The notes below the pieces were generated by a model, which made no database searches, was not told the DNA's origin, and saw nothing but the letters and a program-made list of their open reading frames with translations. Positions 1 through 12,000 of a stretch of DNA of 64,000 nt are shown piece by piece (position 1 is the stretch's first letter; the number at the start of each line of letters is the position of its first letter). Made by a program: the position numbers and the translations under genes. Source of the DNA: Marsupella aquatica (taxonomy: Eukaryota > Plantae > Marchantiophyta); assembly GCA_973895155.1 (NCBI GenBank), contig OZ316898.1:16723420-16787419 (forward strand). The letters are read 5' to 3'.

Positions 1-1
1 T

Positions 2-2873
2 TTGACGGTACTTTGCAGGAAAGGACTTCTTTCTAATTTGAAATCTACTAAGCTAGATTCTTGTGAACACTGTGTGCTTGGGAAGCAGCACAGGAGAACC
101 TTTGGTGTTGGAACTCACAATACCAAAGCTATACTTGAGTATGTACATAGTGATGTGTGGGGTCCAGCCCCAACCTCCTCACTTTCTGGAAAATTGTACT
201 ATGTCACGTTCATTGATGATTACTCACGGTATGTGTGGATCACATTTCTACATGCCAAGTCTGAAGTTTTTGGCACTTTTAAGAAGTGGAAAGCCCAAAT
301 TGAGAATCAGACTGGATCCAAGGTGAGATATCTACGATCAAATAACGACGGGGAGTACAGTTCAAGTGAGTTTGAACTATATTGTGCAGAGCAAGGGATT
401 ACTCGTCATCTCACGACAGTTTATACTCCTCAACAGAATGGTGTTTGTGAGCGGTTAAATCGAACACTATTGGAGCGATCGAGGAGTATGTTGAGCCAAT
501 CAGGTTTATCGCATGAATTTTGGGCTGAAGCTATAAATACGGCAGCTTATTTGGTAAATCTTTCTCCTTCAAGTGCAATCAATTTCAAGACGCCGTTTGA
601 AATGAGGTATAGACGGCACGCAGACTATCAGGTTTTGAGAGTCTTTGGAAGTGATGCATATGCTCTCACACCTAAGCAGAATCGATCTAAACTAGATTCT
701 ACTTCCAAGAAGTATCTTTTTCTTGGTTATCAACCAGGTGTGAAAGGTTACAGGCTATGGGATCCAGAAGCTTGTACGTTGCTTGTCAGTAGAGATGTAT
801 CCTTTAATGAATCCAGATCATCAAAGGAGGGGGAGAATGCTCAGGCTTCCCGTACTGACAAAGGTAAATCTCCTATCCTGGACCATGTTGTGGGGGAGAT
901 TGGTCATGAGAGTTTTCATGACATAAATGAAGGAGGTGCTCCGAGAATGGAGCTGGTTCCAATACCTTCCCGTACTGACAAAGGTAAATCTCATATTCTG
1001 GACCATGTTGTGGGGGAGATTGGTCATGAGAGTTTTCTTGACATAAATGAAGGAGGTGCTCCAAGAATGGAGCTGGTTCCGATATTGGAACAAGAGGAGC
1101 AAGTTGTTGTTGGAATACCTCAAATTCAACCAACAGAACAAGATCAACCAGAATCATCAGCTAGAAAATCAAGACGTACTACTCGAGCTCCTACAAGGTA
1201 TGGACAATGGACAGATTCATCAAGGTTAGATGATATTGACATTGCACCTGAAGATGATGACAGAGCACTGATCTCGGAAGAAGGAGAACCTTCTTCTTAT
1301 CATGAGGCGTGCATTTCAGACGAGAAAGATGAATGGAATGCAACGATGCAGAGGGAGTTGAAATCTTTAAGTGACAACAGAACATGGGAGCTGGTGCAAC
1401 TACCAAGTGATCAACAAGTGGTGAATAGCAAGTGGATTTACAAGCTGAAGGACAACTCTTCAGATGGAGGAGACAAGATATACAAGGCAAAGCTTGTTGC
1501 CAAGGGATTCACTCAAGAGAAGGGAGTGGATTACAATGAGGTCTTCTCTCCAGTTGCCAAGTATTCCACGATACGAATTTTGTGTCAACTTGTTGTGTTT
1601 TTTGATCTGGTGTTAGATCAAATGGATGTTGTTACTGCTTTTCTCTATGGCACCTTGGAAGAACAAATTTTCATGAGGTAACCACTGGGCTTTATGAAGA
1701 AGGGGCCAAGAGAGTTTAGTTTGCAGGTTGCTTAAGTCCTTGCATGGATTGAAGCAAGCTCCTCGACAGTGGAACAAGCGGTTTGATGATTTCATGCTTG
1801 TACAAGGATTCACTAGGATGGTGTATGACCCTTGTGTGTATACAAAATCAGTCAAGAATGGTGTGTTTGGTTTGCTCATTCTGGTGCTCTATGTGGATGA
1901 CATGTTGATTGCGGCTAAGGATCAAACTGAGGTTGACAAACTCAAAGCAAAATTGAGTTCTGAATTCCGAATGAAGGATCTTGAGAAAGCCAAGAGGATC
2001 TTAGGTATGGAGATTACGAGGAACTTTGAAACTGGACAATTGTGGCTGAATCAAGGCAAGTATGCTGAAAAGGTACTTGCAAGATTCAACATGGAAAATT
2101 GTAAGCCAGTAAGTATTCCTTTGGCTCCACATTTCAAGTTATTATCGGCTTTCTGCCCCACGGATCCAGTGGAGAGAGGCTTGATGACTAAGGTTCCTTA
2201 TGAGAAGGCAGTGGGCAGTCTAATGTATTTGATGACATGTACCAGGCCTGATCTAGCCCTAGCAATGGGCAAAGTGAGTAGATTCATGTCAAATCCATGG
2301 AAGGTACATTGGGAGGCTGTGAAATGGATTCTCAGGTATCTTAAGGGCACAATAGACTATGGTCTGTTGTTTGATAGTAGATCAAACAAAACCAAATCTT
2401 TGGTTGACTATGTAGATTCTGACTATGGAGGCTGTCTGGAAACAAGGAGGTCAACGACTGGGTATGTGTTTACTCTTGGAAGAGGATGCATAAGTTGGAG
2501 ATCTACCTTGCAGAAATGTGTATCTCAGTCTACTACAGAAGCAGAATATGTTGCAGCAGCAGAAGCAGCAAAGGAAGCAATTTGGTTGGATAAGCTGATC
2601 ACTGAGATGGGATTGGAGCATGGAAAAATGACTCTTCATTGTGACAGCCAAAGTGCGCTTCACCTAGCTATAAACCAGGTTATGGATAGCAGGGTGAAAC
2701 ACATTGACATCAGGTACCATTTTATTAGGCAAGCAGTGTCTGATAAAATGTTTGAGCTAGTCAAGATTGATGGAAAGCTCAACCCGGCTGATGCTTTTAC
2801 CAAAGTGATTCCTTTGGAGAGTTACTCAAGACACCGTGCTACTTTGCAAGTTTTGCATTTACAGCACAAGTAG
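2..2873 (+). pseudogene. Disrupted copia pol polyprotein
   Basis: ORFs 2-1681 and 1728-2873 are one ancestral frame. TAA at 1679-1681 replaces the Q of 'MRQP.GF', and one extra G in the run at 1702-1705 shifts the frame (removing it restores KKGQESLVCRLLKSLHGLKQ). The integrase motif LRSDNGGEY reads LRSNNDGEY. Confidence 0.92.
846..1085 (+). repeat. In-frame 120-bp (40-aa) tandem duplication in the INT-RT linker of copia pol
   Basis: CTTCCCGTACTGACAAAGGTAAATC...GAGCTGGTTCC occurs at 846 and 966 with few substitutions; the peptide SRTDKGKS...GGAPRMELVPI appears twice. Confidence 0.95.
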
Positions 2874-3077
2874 AGTAACTTAACAATATGTAATTTCTGT
2901 ATATGGGTTACTCAATCCTGTTATGACTACGGCTTAATTCTAGTTAACCCTTAGTTAACCTTAAATGGTTTTTAGGGGGACACCTATGGTTTGAGGTGAT
3001 TGTCTAGAATTTCCCGCTGAGTATCTCATCTGGATAGCAGAAATTACAGACCCCAAGACTAGAGTCAAGGGGGAGTT

Positions 3078-3412
3078 TGTTAAGAATTGCTCTTAGTCTT
3101 GTGACTCATAGGTTACGACACTTAGGCTAACCACAGTTAGGATCTTAGCTGAGGTTAGGTTAGTCGTGTGTGACCTTGTATATACTTGTTAGGCTAGTGT
3201 AAGCCGTTGGTGTGTGGTGCTTACTGATTGTAACAGAGCAACTTGAGGAAGAGGGAGAGCATGTGTGTTCGTTTACTCTTGAAGTAAAGCTTGAGTGTTC
3301 GTGTGGACGTAGCCTTGGAGAAGAGGTGAACCACGTAGAGATTGTGTCGACTACGTGTGCATGGAATGAGTCATGGTTGTATGGTCGTTGCGAATGACAT
3401 CTTAGTTCAACA
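3078..3412 (+). repeat. Putative 3' LTR of the copia element
   Basis: Starts TGTTAAG 2 nt after the PPT; contains the GTGGACGTAG...GAACCACGT motif common in plant copia LTRs. The end is tentatively ...TTCAACA at 3412 (alternative ...TTCAACA at 3834). No 5' LTR is available for comparison. Confidence 0.55.
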
Positions 3413-4247
3413 AAAAGTGCCGTGCTCGCATTGGGGATTGCGGCCTGAAGTGGTTCTGACCCCATACACAGTGATCGAACACAGTTGCACCTTGGGCCCG
3501 GGCGAAGAAGATATTGCAATAAGGTTGACCTTAGGTCATCGACTATGGTTACTTTTTGGCCAATCGGAACACAGCAGTGGTCAAGTACTCGGGTTAAAAG
3601 TGATGGGATACGGTTTGGGGGGCAGTATACTAAATATTTTAGTTTTGGGGGCAGTATCCTAATAACTACCAGTTTGGGGGGTAGTTTAGTAAAAAGCTGT
3701 TTGACAAAACTCCTCTAGCAGGTCTCCTCTAGCGGATCTCCAAGGGTAGTCGTTTAGGGGTTTAGGGTGCTGACAGTCTAGGTTCGGACTCCAGACAAGG
3801 ATGCACGTAGTAAGGTAGAGTAGCGTCTTCAACATTGTCTAACGAAGAACAACGTTTGACACCAACTTTTAGGGTTTAGTTCAAAACATCTCTATTTTAA
3901 TTTACTAGTAAGAGTACAATAAAGTAAGGACAACACAAAGACCAGGAAAGCAAGTACATGTTAAGTTTTTTGAGTGTGCGGTTAAAGATTTGACCAGTTA
4001 AGGATCTCATTTTAAACAAGTTGGCAGATGAGGCAGAGTATGAAAATAATGTACAGACGTAGTACAGATAAGAATTGATTGTATTGGTGACAACTCTATC
4101 CAAAGTGAAAGATTGGAAGATGCCAGAGGGAGTTTCAATGAGAATGGCATCATTTCCATGTACAAGCCCTGCTTTACCTTATATAAAAGAATTGCAACCA
4201 TGCTGGTTACAATTTACAATTCTCATCCAGCTGAGAAATCTCGACAT

Positions 4248-4489
4248 GGCTTGAACATCAACCTTAGTTCAAGGACTTCTGACAGATCAAGTATACAAGT
4301 TACAACAGGCTTCTTGCAGTGTCCAGCTTCACTTATGGGGAGGATGAAATTGTCTCCTGGATGTAAGGGGCTTGAACATCAACCTTAGTTCAAAGACTTC
4401 TCACAGATCAAGTATACAAGTTACAACAGGCTTCTTGCAGTGTACAGCTTCACTTATGGGGAGGATGAAATTGTCTCCTGGATGTAAGG
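4248..4489. repeat. Two-copy tandem duplication, 121-bp unit
   Basis: GGCTTGAACATCAACCTTAGTTCAA...GGATGTAAGG at 4248 and 4369, about 3 mismatches. Confidence 0.95.
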
Positions 4490-5088
4490 ATTAGGAGTAG
4501 ACTGATTATGTCGCAACACAAACTTTTAGAGTTACCCTAAAAAATCAGCTTTCTAAGTTTTTTTGTACACTCAGACAAAGTGGGGACTAGACAGCCTTTC
4601 AAACAAGAAGAATTCACCATCTTTCGGAACCTCAATGCAGATGGTAGTTCCAAGCTCAACCTCGTGACACACTGTTGGTTGCCATGATGCTTAACTGAAA
4701 TGGATCTGAAATGCCTTACTTCCCTCATTAACCCATATGTAGATCAGAGTAACAACAACAAAGTGTTGTCCCAGGGTCCTCACTTCTTTTCTTCCTACCC
4801 ATCACGCTCGAATAAGTATAGGGTTTTTTATTGGGTTTAGTGAAATATATTTAAATTTTTGTTGAAGAACATTAGAGTTATTTTAATCCAATTTTGAAAA
4901 TTCTAAGAATCATAGGGTTTTTAAAAATCAAATTTGAGAATATTTTTAGAATATTCCATTAAGTTAGGGGTAAAAAAAACTTTATTGACTTAACTTTTAG
5001 GGTGTTTATTCTCCCAAAACTTTGCACGTGATATGAGACACCCCTTGGATTGAGGCCCCTGAGAGTGTTGTTGGAACTTTCAACATGT

Positions 5089-5158
5089 AGTCCAGCTAGG
5101 AATTGAACCTAGGACCTCCCATGTACTTGGTGGTGCTCTACCACTTAGCTACAGGCCC
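5089..5158 (-). promoter_or_regulatory. tRNA-like segment with Pol III A and B boxes inside the TRIM 3' LTR (not a functional tRNA)
   Basis: Minus strand reads GGGCCTG TAGCTAAGTGG TAGAGC...GAGGTC CTAGG TTCAATT CCTAG CTGGACT: A box, B box (GGTTCAATTCC) and a perfect 5-bp T stem. Anticodon and acceptor stems are degenerate. Confidence 0.75.
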
Positions 5159-5284
5159 TTCTTGCTTGCACAATGTTTAGTTCAAGTGTGGTTAATTTTC
5201 AACACCCTCCATTGAGTCACACTTGCTTCAACAGAAATTCAATAATCTTTGGCTCCGATTCCCTGGTGGAACTTTCAACAACAT

Positions 5285-5354
5285 GGACCAACTAGGAATT
5301 GAATCTGGGATCTCCTATGTACATAGTAGAGCTCTACCATTGAGGTACATGCCT
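5285..5354 (-). promoter_or_regulatory. Second, more decayed tRNA-like A/B-box segment in the TRIM 5' LTR
   Basis: Minus strand reads TACCTCAATGGTAGAGC...GAGATCCCAGATTCAATTCCTAGTTGGTCC, colinear with the copy at 5089-5158. Confidence 0.65.
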
Positions 5355-7932
5355 TTCATGCATGCACGTTTCTAGTTGAAGGTTGGTTCATTTCCAACAC
5401 TACAGACATCACTTGGCTCGGTGATTACAGCCAGGATCACTCTCCATTTGCGTTATTTTCATTTGTAAAAGAAACTCCAATTATGATTCTTAAACTTGAA
5501 ATTAACTAACAAACAAAGCCTTGACCAAAAATAATGGACATATTGAAACTTTCAGACCAGTTTTCCCTACGTCCCATCAATTGAAGGTGAACAAAAGTTT
5601 ATTAAGATACTCCTCCACAAGAATCAGATCCCCGTCAAATGAGTGGACAGGTCTTAGTTGATGACAAAAGGCCTCAAAGAAATAAGAGTCTATTGTATCT
5701 TGCCTGAGCTTGAAGTGTTCAAGCATTCCCACCAATCACAACTTGATAAATAATCACAACTTGGTAAATGTGTGACTAGGAAGTTGAATGGAGGATCAGC
5801 TCATGGCAAACTGCACCCTCTCAGTAACGCCCCCGTCCCCCCCAAATGCCCAATGTACTGTGATGGTCTTCCACAATATTTGGCGAGGGTGGCCAAGCAA
5901 ACCCCGTTAGTTCTTGCAAAACTGGTTTCCCAAAGTTTGGTGGGGATTAAAAAGTTGATTTCCCAATCTGGTCACACTAAACTTGTTCCTGATTGGGAAT
6001 CCATGCAACTGGGAGTACTCTCACTATGTTTCACTTAGCCGAGTAAATGGCAAGATTATAAAGTGCTGCATCTCCAAAATGTGCTCATCTCCAAAATCCC
6101 ACAAACTTCCATTGTAAGTCGAAAGAAAATTGGAGCTGTGAAACAACGGTGGAGAGTACGGAGATTGCAGGTGCCAAGCTTGCTCCCAAATTTCTTGAAG
6201 TGTGTGGATTTGTCAGATCGCGCGACCAGTTCTTGGACTTGGGAGTTCTGGGAATTTGTCCAGGACAGTGTTCATTGTTCCAAGACAGTAGGTACAGTAC
6301 TCAGACCATGTATCCCTGGCCTTGTGGTGCACATTGAGACACGCAGAGCTGAAGTCCAGCTTCCTAGGTAGATCCATCACCATTGCAGGTATGTTACCAT
6401 TGCAGGTATGTTTGGGCACATTGAAGTTGAAGTGAGGTGGGATCAAAATTATGCGACTTGGAAAGGCTGGTATAGAGAGCCACTTGACCCACCTGCCGTG
6501 CCGCAGGGAAGGGCGGAAACTAGGACGGGGCGCCTCCGCTGTCAGTTACCATACTTGACTGCCCGTGAACTTAATCCCTCCTCGTCGGCGGGCCCTTTAC
6601 CCGGATGTAAGTTTCGCCTGATCATCCTCCTCAATCCTCATGCCTGGTAGCTCCTTCTGGTCTCTATTATCCTCTGCAATAACCAGCTATATAAAGTCTT
6701 CTCCCCTAGTTCGTTAGATCGTCGGTGTCTCGGCGTCTCCGATGAGTTCTTCCTCCCATCACGTCGATCCCCTCTCAGTGCATTAATTTACAGGTCGAGC
6801 TCCATTCCCCCGATCTAGGTGGACCCAGATCTAAGGAGTGGATCGAGCACCAGGTTTCATTCTTGCTCTCGTTGGTTTGTTCAACGGAATGGTTGATTAC
6901 ATAATTACTTACAATACGGTTTATGGAGGAATTTGAGAAAATCCATGATAAATGTCGTGCTCAATTGTCTACTACGATTGCATTCAGCATTGTATACCAG
7001 TTCCTAGCAAAGCATGCGTTAACCAAGCTAATCTGAGTGCTTATAATTAGCTCCGTGCTAGCCTAAAGATCTGGGAGCCAGCTTAGGATTGCAGCTAGTG
7101 CAGTCGTCTCGACAGTCGTTTCAATAATTTATACCACTACGTAACAATGATCGAATAGGCTATGGGCCGGGGCTATCGGTAACACTCAGACTGTCTGAAG
7201 TAAGCTTTCATACATGCTGGCGAGTAAATTGTATTGTGAGTGGTCATCTTCGTTGATACTCGCGTTGATGTCAAAGTCCTTTTCGGTCCAATCTGGGGTA
7301 GAATCCATGGGCTGATGGGGCTTGCTGAGAGGCAGAACACTACATTTGCTATTGCAACTTGATCGTGGACCGGCGCTTTCAGACATGGTAATCTACAGTA
7401 GTCATTTTGATATCAAGGCTATAATTGTTGCACGAGAGAAAGCCAGCTCTAGAATATATCTAGACACGTCAGTAGCACGAATACTATCACCTTCTGAAAG
7501 GTCTCTTGGAGGTCATATGCAACTGACCGAGTCTCTTCATGCCTCAATTAACTTGACTCTCGACTTGACTTCACATTCGGAATGCCAGAGTGGTTCCAGG
7601 AGATGAGGAGATTTGTTTATTCTATTTTGATAAAACCAACTCCGCGTAGTACATTACTCCCAATATCATGGCTGGATTCTGAAACTCCAAGAATAGGATA
7701 CTTAGCTCGCACGAAAATGACAGCTGATTTGAGCGGCGAGACCGTGCATTTGGCCATGGGCATTGATCTCGATTTGCCAATTCGTTTTGCCAGGAGAATG
7801 GAAGGATCGGATGTCTACCAACGGCTAGCACTCTAAACAGCTTGTGCCAGCCCACTTGACTTCAATTATTCGACTTGGCATATTATTTTCGACGTTCTGT
7901 TCAAAACGGAAACCATCGTCGAGGTGTCAGCC

Positions 7933-9665
7933 ATGAGGCTCTGCGGAAGAGTGATGGGATTACTGATTTTGGCATCTGCTCTCTTCATGTCAAGGTTGGT
8001 TTCTGAAGCATCTGTTGTTCATCCCCACCACACAGCTGCAGCCGAGAATGAAACCCTCCATCACCAGCAGGATGACAGAACAATTCCAGACGCAAGAACA
8101 CAGAACTCGAGCAAGGTTAAGATGGGTCTGGACCAGAACAGTAATTTTGACCCCAACAGCTTTCCCAGGAAAGTGGGCCCTTTCAGTGCAGGTCCGTGGC
8201 AGTATGCTCACGCGACGTTCTATGGGGACGAATCGGCCCAAGAAACCATGCGTAAGTTCTGACTTCTGAGTTCTCCGAATTCATATTCATACGATCCTCG
8301 TCAGCATGTTTTTTTAGGTGCTGAAATTTGGCCAAATACCACCTCCATCACTTCAATTTCGCGAAGTTTCATATTTTGGGTCTCAGTAGCCAGTTTCCCA
8401 CCAGTCATAGGGCCCGCTCCTTAAATCTAGGGAGATCCATAATCATAACGAATGGTAAAACATGAATCTAGAAAATCTACATGAAGAATGTTCGTAACAT
8501 TGGCCACCCTATTTCGTAAGAGTATTAGAATTTACTGCTCTCGATGATGGTGTTGGTTCTTTCAAAAAAATAAAGGCTGCGTTGGCCATGTGTATTTGCT
8601 ATAGAAGGAGCATGTGGATACCGAAACCTGTGGAAACAGGGATACGGCTCGGCCACGACAGCCCTGAGTACAACGCTCTTCAACGCAGGATTTGCGTGCG
8701 GCAGATGCTTTGAGATGAAGTGTGTGGGTTCATGGGCTTGCTACGTAGGAAACCCGAGTACCAAAGTCACAGCCACGAACTTTTGCCCCCCGAATTGGGC
8801 CAGGCCAACGAACAATGGTGGGTGGTGTAATCCCCCCCGCCAACACTTCGACATGGCGAAACCTGCATTTGAAAAGATTGCATATTGGAAGGCTGGCATT
8901 GTGCCCGTTGCCTATCGCAGGTGCAACACCTTCTTTTGAATTTGTGCTTGAACTCTTGAACTCTTGCAGTCTTGTCTCGACGAGTCAATCAGGTAGAGAA
9001 CACAATTCTTTGTGGATTGCAAGGTAATATCAACCTCAAACACTAAGAGTCACAATAGAACTTTCTTGACCTTAGAGTCGTGGATACTTTTTGTGGACTG
9101 ATGGGAAGACTGAAGACTTAAGAGTTCCACATTTGCAAACACTACAGTAGGTAATGGCAAATACACGAATATATGAAGTGAATTAATAAATATATAAATT
9201 GTACTAATTTTTTTGCAGACATTTTCATTTCAATAGATGACTACAGTAGGCAACTGTAATGTGGAGTGTGAAGCATAATTAGACAAGGATGACTGTGTGG
9301 CCCATGAATTTGAATAATTTGTCTATTTGTTTAAACTATGCAGGGTCCCTTGCACCAAGCAAGGAAATATGGAATTCTTCATTCAAGGCAATCCATGGTG
9401 GCACATTGTGTTTATCACCAATGTAGGTGGGCCAGGTGACATTGGCCAGGTCTATATACGTGGGTCCAACGGTAACCAGTGGGTGCAGATGCTCCACAAT
9501 TGGGGCACAGGATACCAGATTTTTCATAATTTCTTGGGCGAGAGCCTCTCATTCATGGTCGTTTCCAGCACAAACTATGAGACTGTTGTCTCATGGAATA
9601 TGGTACCATCGAATTGGCAGCTAGGGCAAACTTATATCGGCGGCCAGTTCCAACTTTCTTACTGA
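7933..9665 (+). CDS. EXPA: Alpha-expansin; exons 7933-8251, 8605-8920, 9344-9665
   Basis: Signal peptide; W..AHATFYG; GACGY; TALST.LFN.G..CG.CFE..C; [10 protein letters not shown]; [13 protein letters not shown]; C-terminal domain with NVGGPGD and HNWG. Both introns are GT-AG and keep frame. Confidence 0.95.
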
Positions 9666-10709
9666 ATTCTTTTGATTGTATCTAAGATTGCAAACCATAA
9701 GTGAAGCCAAATGACGAACCAAACGGACAGAGATCGGTCTCAATAGTACCATACAGAGGATATTCCAACGTACATTTTTCTTTAATAAAAGCTACAGTAT
9801 CAAGTGGGACACTGTTTACTGTACCAAGGACGTCACTTTATGCAGTAATTTTTAAGAGGTAGCTCTTGCCATGAAAAGCAAGGGAGATATATTATCTGAT
9901 GTTGTATTGTGACGATGATAAGTTATACTCATTCCTAACTACACAGTACATATAATGGACGGAATGCACATGGGAATGCACATCATTGGCTTAGAGGAAA
10001 GCACTATTTTGAAACTATATGGAATCCGGGATGGAATCAAGTACTTTGACATGGATGATCTCTGTTTTACGAACTCAAGCAGGCAACAAATGACAATATG
10101 CCCAAACTGGACTGAGATCTTCTTACTAGTGGACCAAACAAGCACGAGAACCAATTATTGTTAATTTTAGTCAATATCTTTTACAAGAAAAATGGTACTA
10201 AGTCTGGAAGCCAACTGCCAAGCAGTTAGCAAGCAAAAACAGTGATTGGATGCTTTAAGTCTTCCAAATGCTTGTGATTGCCTCCTATGTGTTTAGCTTA
10301 AAATATTAATTCAGATAATTATACAACTTTATAGGACTCTGTTGGATGGCCTGCCAGTGTCAATCGCAGTTATCTGCATACTATCTTTTACCAACCTGTC
10401 CCCCCACCTGTCCCCCAATATAGTCAAATTCATAACTTGTCCCCAAAACTATTTTTATCACTAACATGCCCCCACGTGAGGCCCCCACTTTGTATATGGG
10501 TTTGCTTTACCTAAGAAGACTAATGTGTGTGGGAATCCGAGATGGCTCCCTGTGGTCCACACACAAGTGGCAAGGCACAATTGGATCTGACTTAATTTGG
10601 ATCACTGGAAGGAGGGCAAACTTACACTACACTCAATCTGAGAAGACTTAATGGGACCTGAATGTTGTCCAAGAAGCCAATCCTTTGCCGAGGCACACTA
10701 CCGTAGTAC

Positions 10710-10779
10710 AATCCCTCTGCTAGAGACTTACAATGGATACTTGAATCCCTCTGCTAGAGACTTACAATGGACACTTGAA
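10710..10779. repeat. Two-copy tandem duplication, 34-bp unit
   Basis: AATCCCTCTGCTAGAGACTTACAATGGA[T/C]ACTTG occurs twice. Confidence 0.9.
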
Positions 10780-10999
10780 CTTGAGCACGCCATGTTCATA
10801 TCAGTGTGAATGATTTTTAAGTATGTGCCCTTCAAAATGCCGGGTACTCACTGCAGGAAGAGTTTTTGACATTCTAGGTAGATAAGAGCAAAAACAATAG
10901 AGCTGACCACTTTGCATAACAACAGATCAAGGTCAACTTTTCAACCAGAGAGGAGACAGCGGACACACTTTCATGGAAATGAAGGGAAACTGAGATGCT

Positions 11000-12000
11000 C
11001 ACATGACCACACGTTAAATTTACACCGCATTAATGCTCCCCCATGTTCATGGGGCCCCGTACACTGCTCGTCCCAGTCCCCGATGTTGCTGCCCGCTCTG
11101 GCCCAAGTTTGCCAGAACATAAACCAAGACTCTACCATTTTGTCACCTGCTTCGACCTGATCAACTTTGTGCAATCAACTTTGGGTTTATGTTCTGGCAC
11201 ACTTCACTTCCTATCGTCCGCTCTGGCCCAAGTCCTCGATGTTGTTGCCTGCTCCAGCCCAAGTTTGCCAGAACATAAACCAATACTCTATCATTAATCA
11301 TACTTGTATCCAAAATACTATGCTTTGCCTGAACACTTCGACTCTATTATGAAACACACATGACTCCATTGGAAATAAGTGTTGCCAGAAACATAAACCA
11401 CAACTCATAGAGAAGAAGCATTTGGCAGAACATCAACCAAGACTGTATCAATCATGCTTCTTATATAACCAAAGTACTAAGCTCAACCTGAACACTTAGA
11501 CTTACAAAGCAAGCATGACTTTGTTGGAAGGAAGTGTTGCCAGAACATCAACCACTACTTCATAAAGTGAGAAGAAGCATTTAATTGGCACAACATCAAT
11601 CAAGACTATCAATCATGAGTCTTAACCAAAGTACCAGCTAAGTAGAGGCTCCCTCTCAACACTAATGTGAGATTCTTTTATGAAGCAAGCATGACTTTGT
11701 TGGAAAAAAGTGTTGGCGCCAGAACATATACCACAACTCCACAAGGAAGAAGTCAATGACACAAAGTCGATTGGGCCGGAGTGGGCAACAAAAAGTGAAG
11801 GGTGCCAAAACATAAACCCAAAGTTGATTGGGCCAAAGCGGGTGCCAAAATGGTAGAGTCTTGAATGGTTTATGTTCTAGCAAACTCGGGCCAGAGCGGG
11901 CAGCAACATCAGGGGCTGGGACAGCAGTGTACGGGGCCCCAGGAATATGGCCTGGGGAGAATTATTAACTCATTGTAGATTTAATGCGGGGTCTCACGTG
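11000..12000. mobile_element. Foldback/MITE-like non-autonomous DNA element with ~200-bp terminal inverted repeats and internal subrepeats
   Basis: GGGGCCCCGTACACTGCT..TCCCAG..GATGTTGCTGCCCGCTCTGGCCC..AGACTCTACCATTTTG (about 11051-11142) is the reverse complement of about 11846-11940, and the similarity extends both ways. The motif TTGCCAGAACATAAACCA recurs internally. No TSD identified. Confidence 0.7.

Larger units (their letters stand above)
1..3412 (+). mobile_element. Ty1/copia LTR retrotransposon, 3' portion (integrase-RT-RNase H, PPT, 3' LTR); 5' part lies outside the window
   Basis: Copia domain order INT-RT-RH. Pre-integrase CEHCVLGKQHR; integrase VHSDVWGP, FIDDYSR, TPQQNGVCER; RT YKAKLVAKGFTQ, QMDVVTAFL, LKQAPRQW, YVDDML; RNase H DSD, TEAEY, CDSQSA, NPADAFTK. 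PPT AAGGGGGAG at 3067-3075. Confidence 0.95.
5069..5399 (-). mobile_element. TRIM (non-autonomous mini LTR retrotransposon) with a tRNA-derived sequence in each LTR (Helenus-like)
   Basis: Two 136-bp direct repeats (5069-5204 and 5264-5399) with TGTTG...CA-type ends, separated by a 59-bp internal region. On the minus strand this region has a degenerate Met-i PBS (GGGAATCGGAGCC, 10/13 match to TGGTATCAGAGCC) right after the 5' LTR and a PPT (GGAGGG) right before the 3' LTR. No TSD recognisable. Confidence 0.8.

Noticed and set aside
1679-1730. Programmed readthrough or frameshift in copia pol
   Set aside because: The lesions lie inside the RT domain and accompany a mutated integrase active site, which indicates decay rather than recoding.
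3752-5003. Scattered TTTAGGG motifs as an interstitial telomere
   Set aside because: Only isolated or double copies, no array.
5089-5158. Functional tRNA gene
   Set aside because: The anticodon arm and acceptor stem do not pair properly, and the unit sits within LTR-like repeats, so it is treated as TE-borne.
5480-6800. Possible decayed coding sequence on the minus strand
   Set aside because: Multiple stops in every frame examined and no recognisable domain; a BLASTX would be needed.
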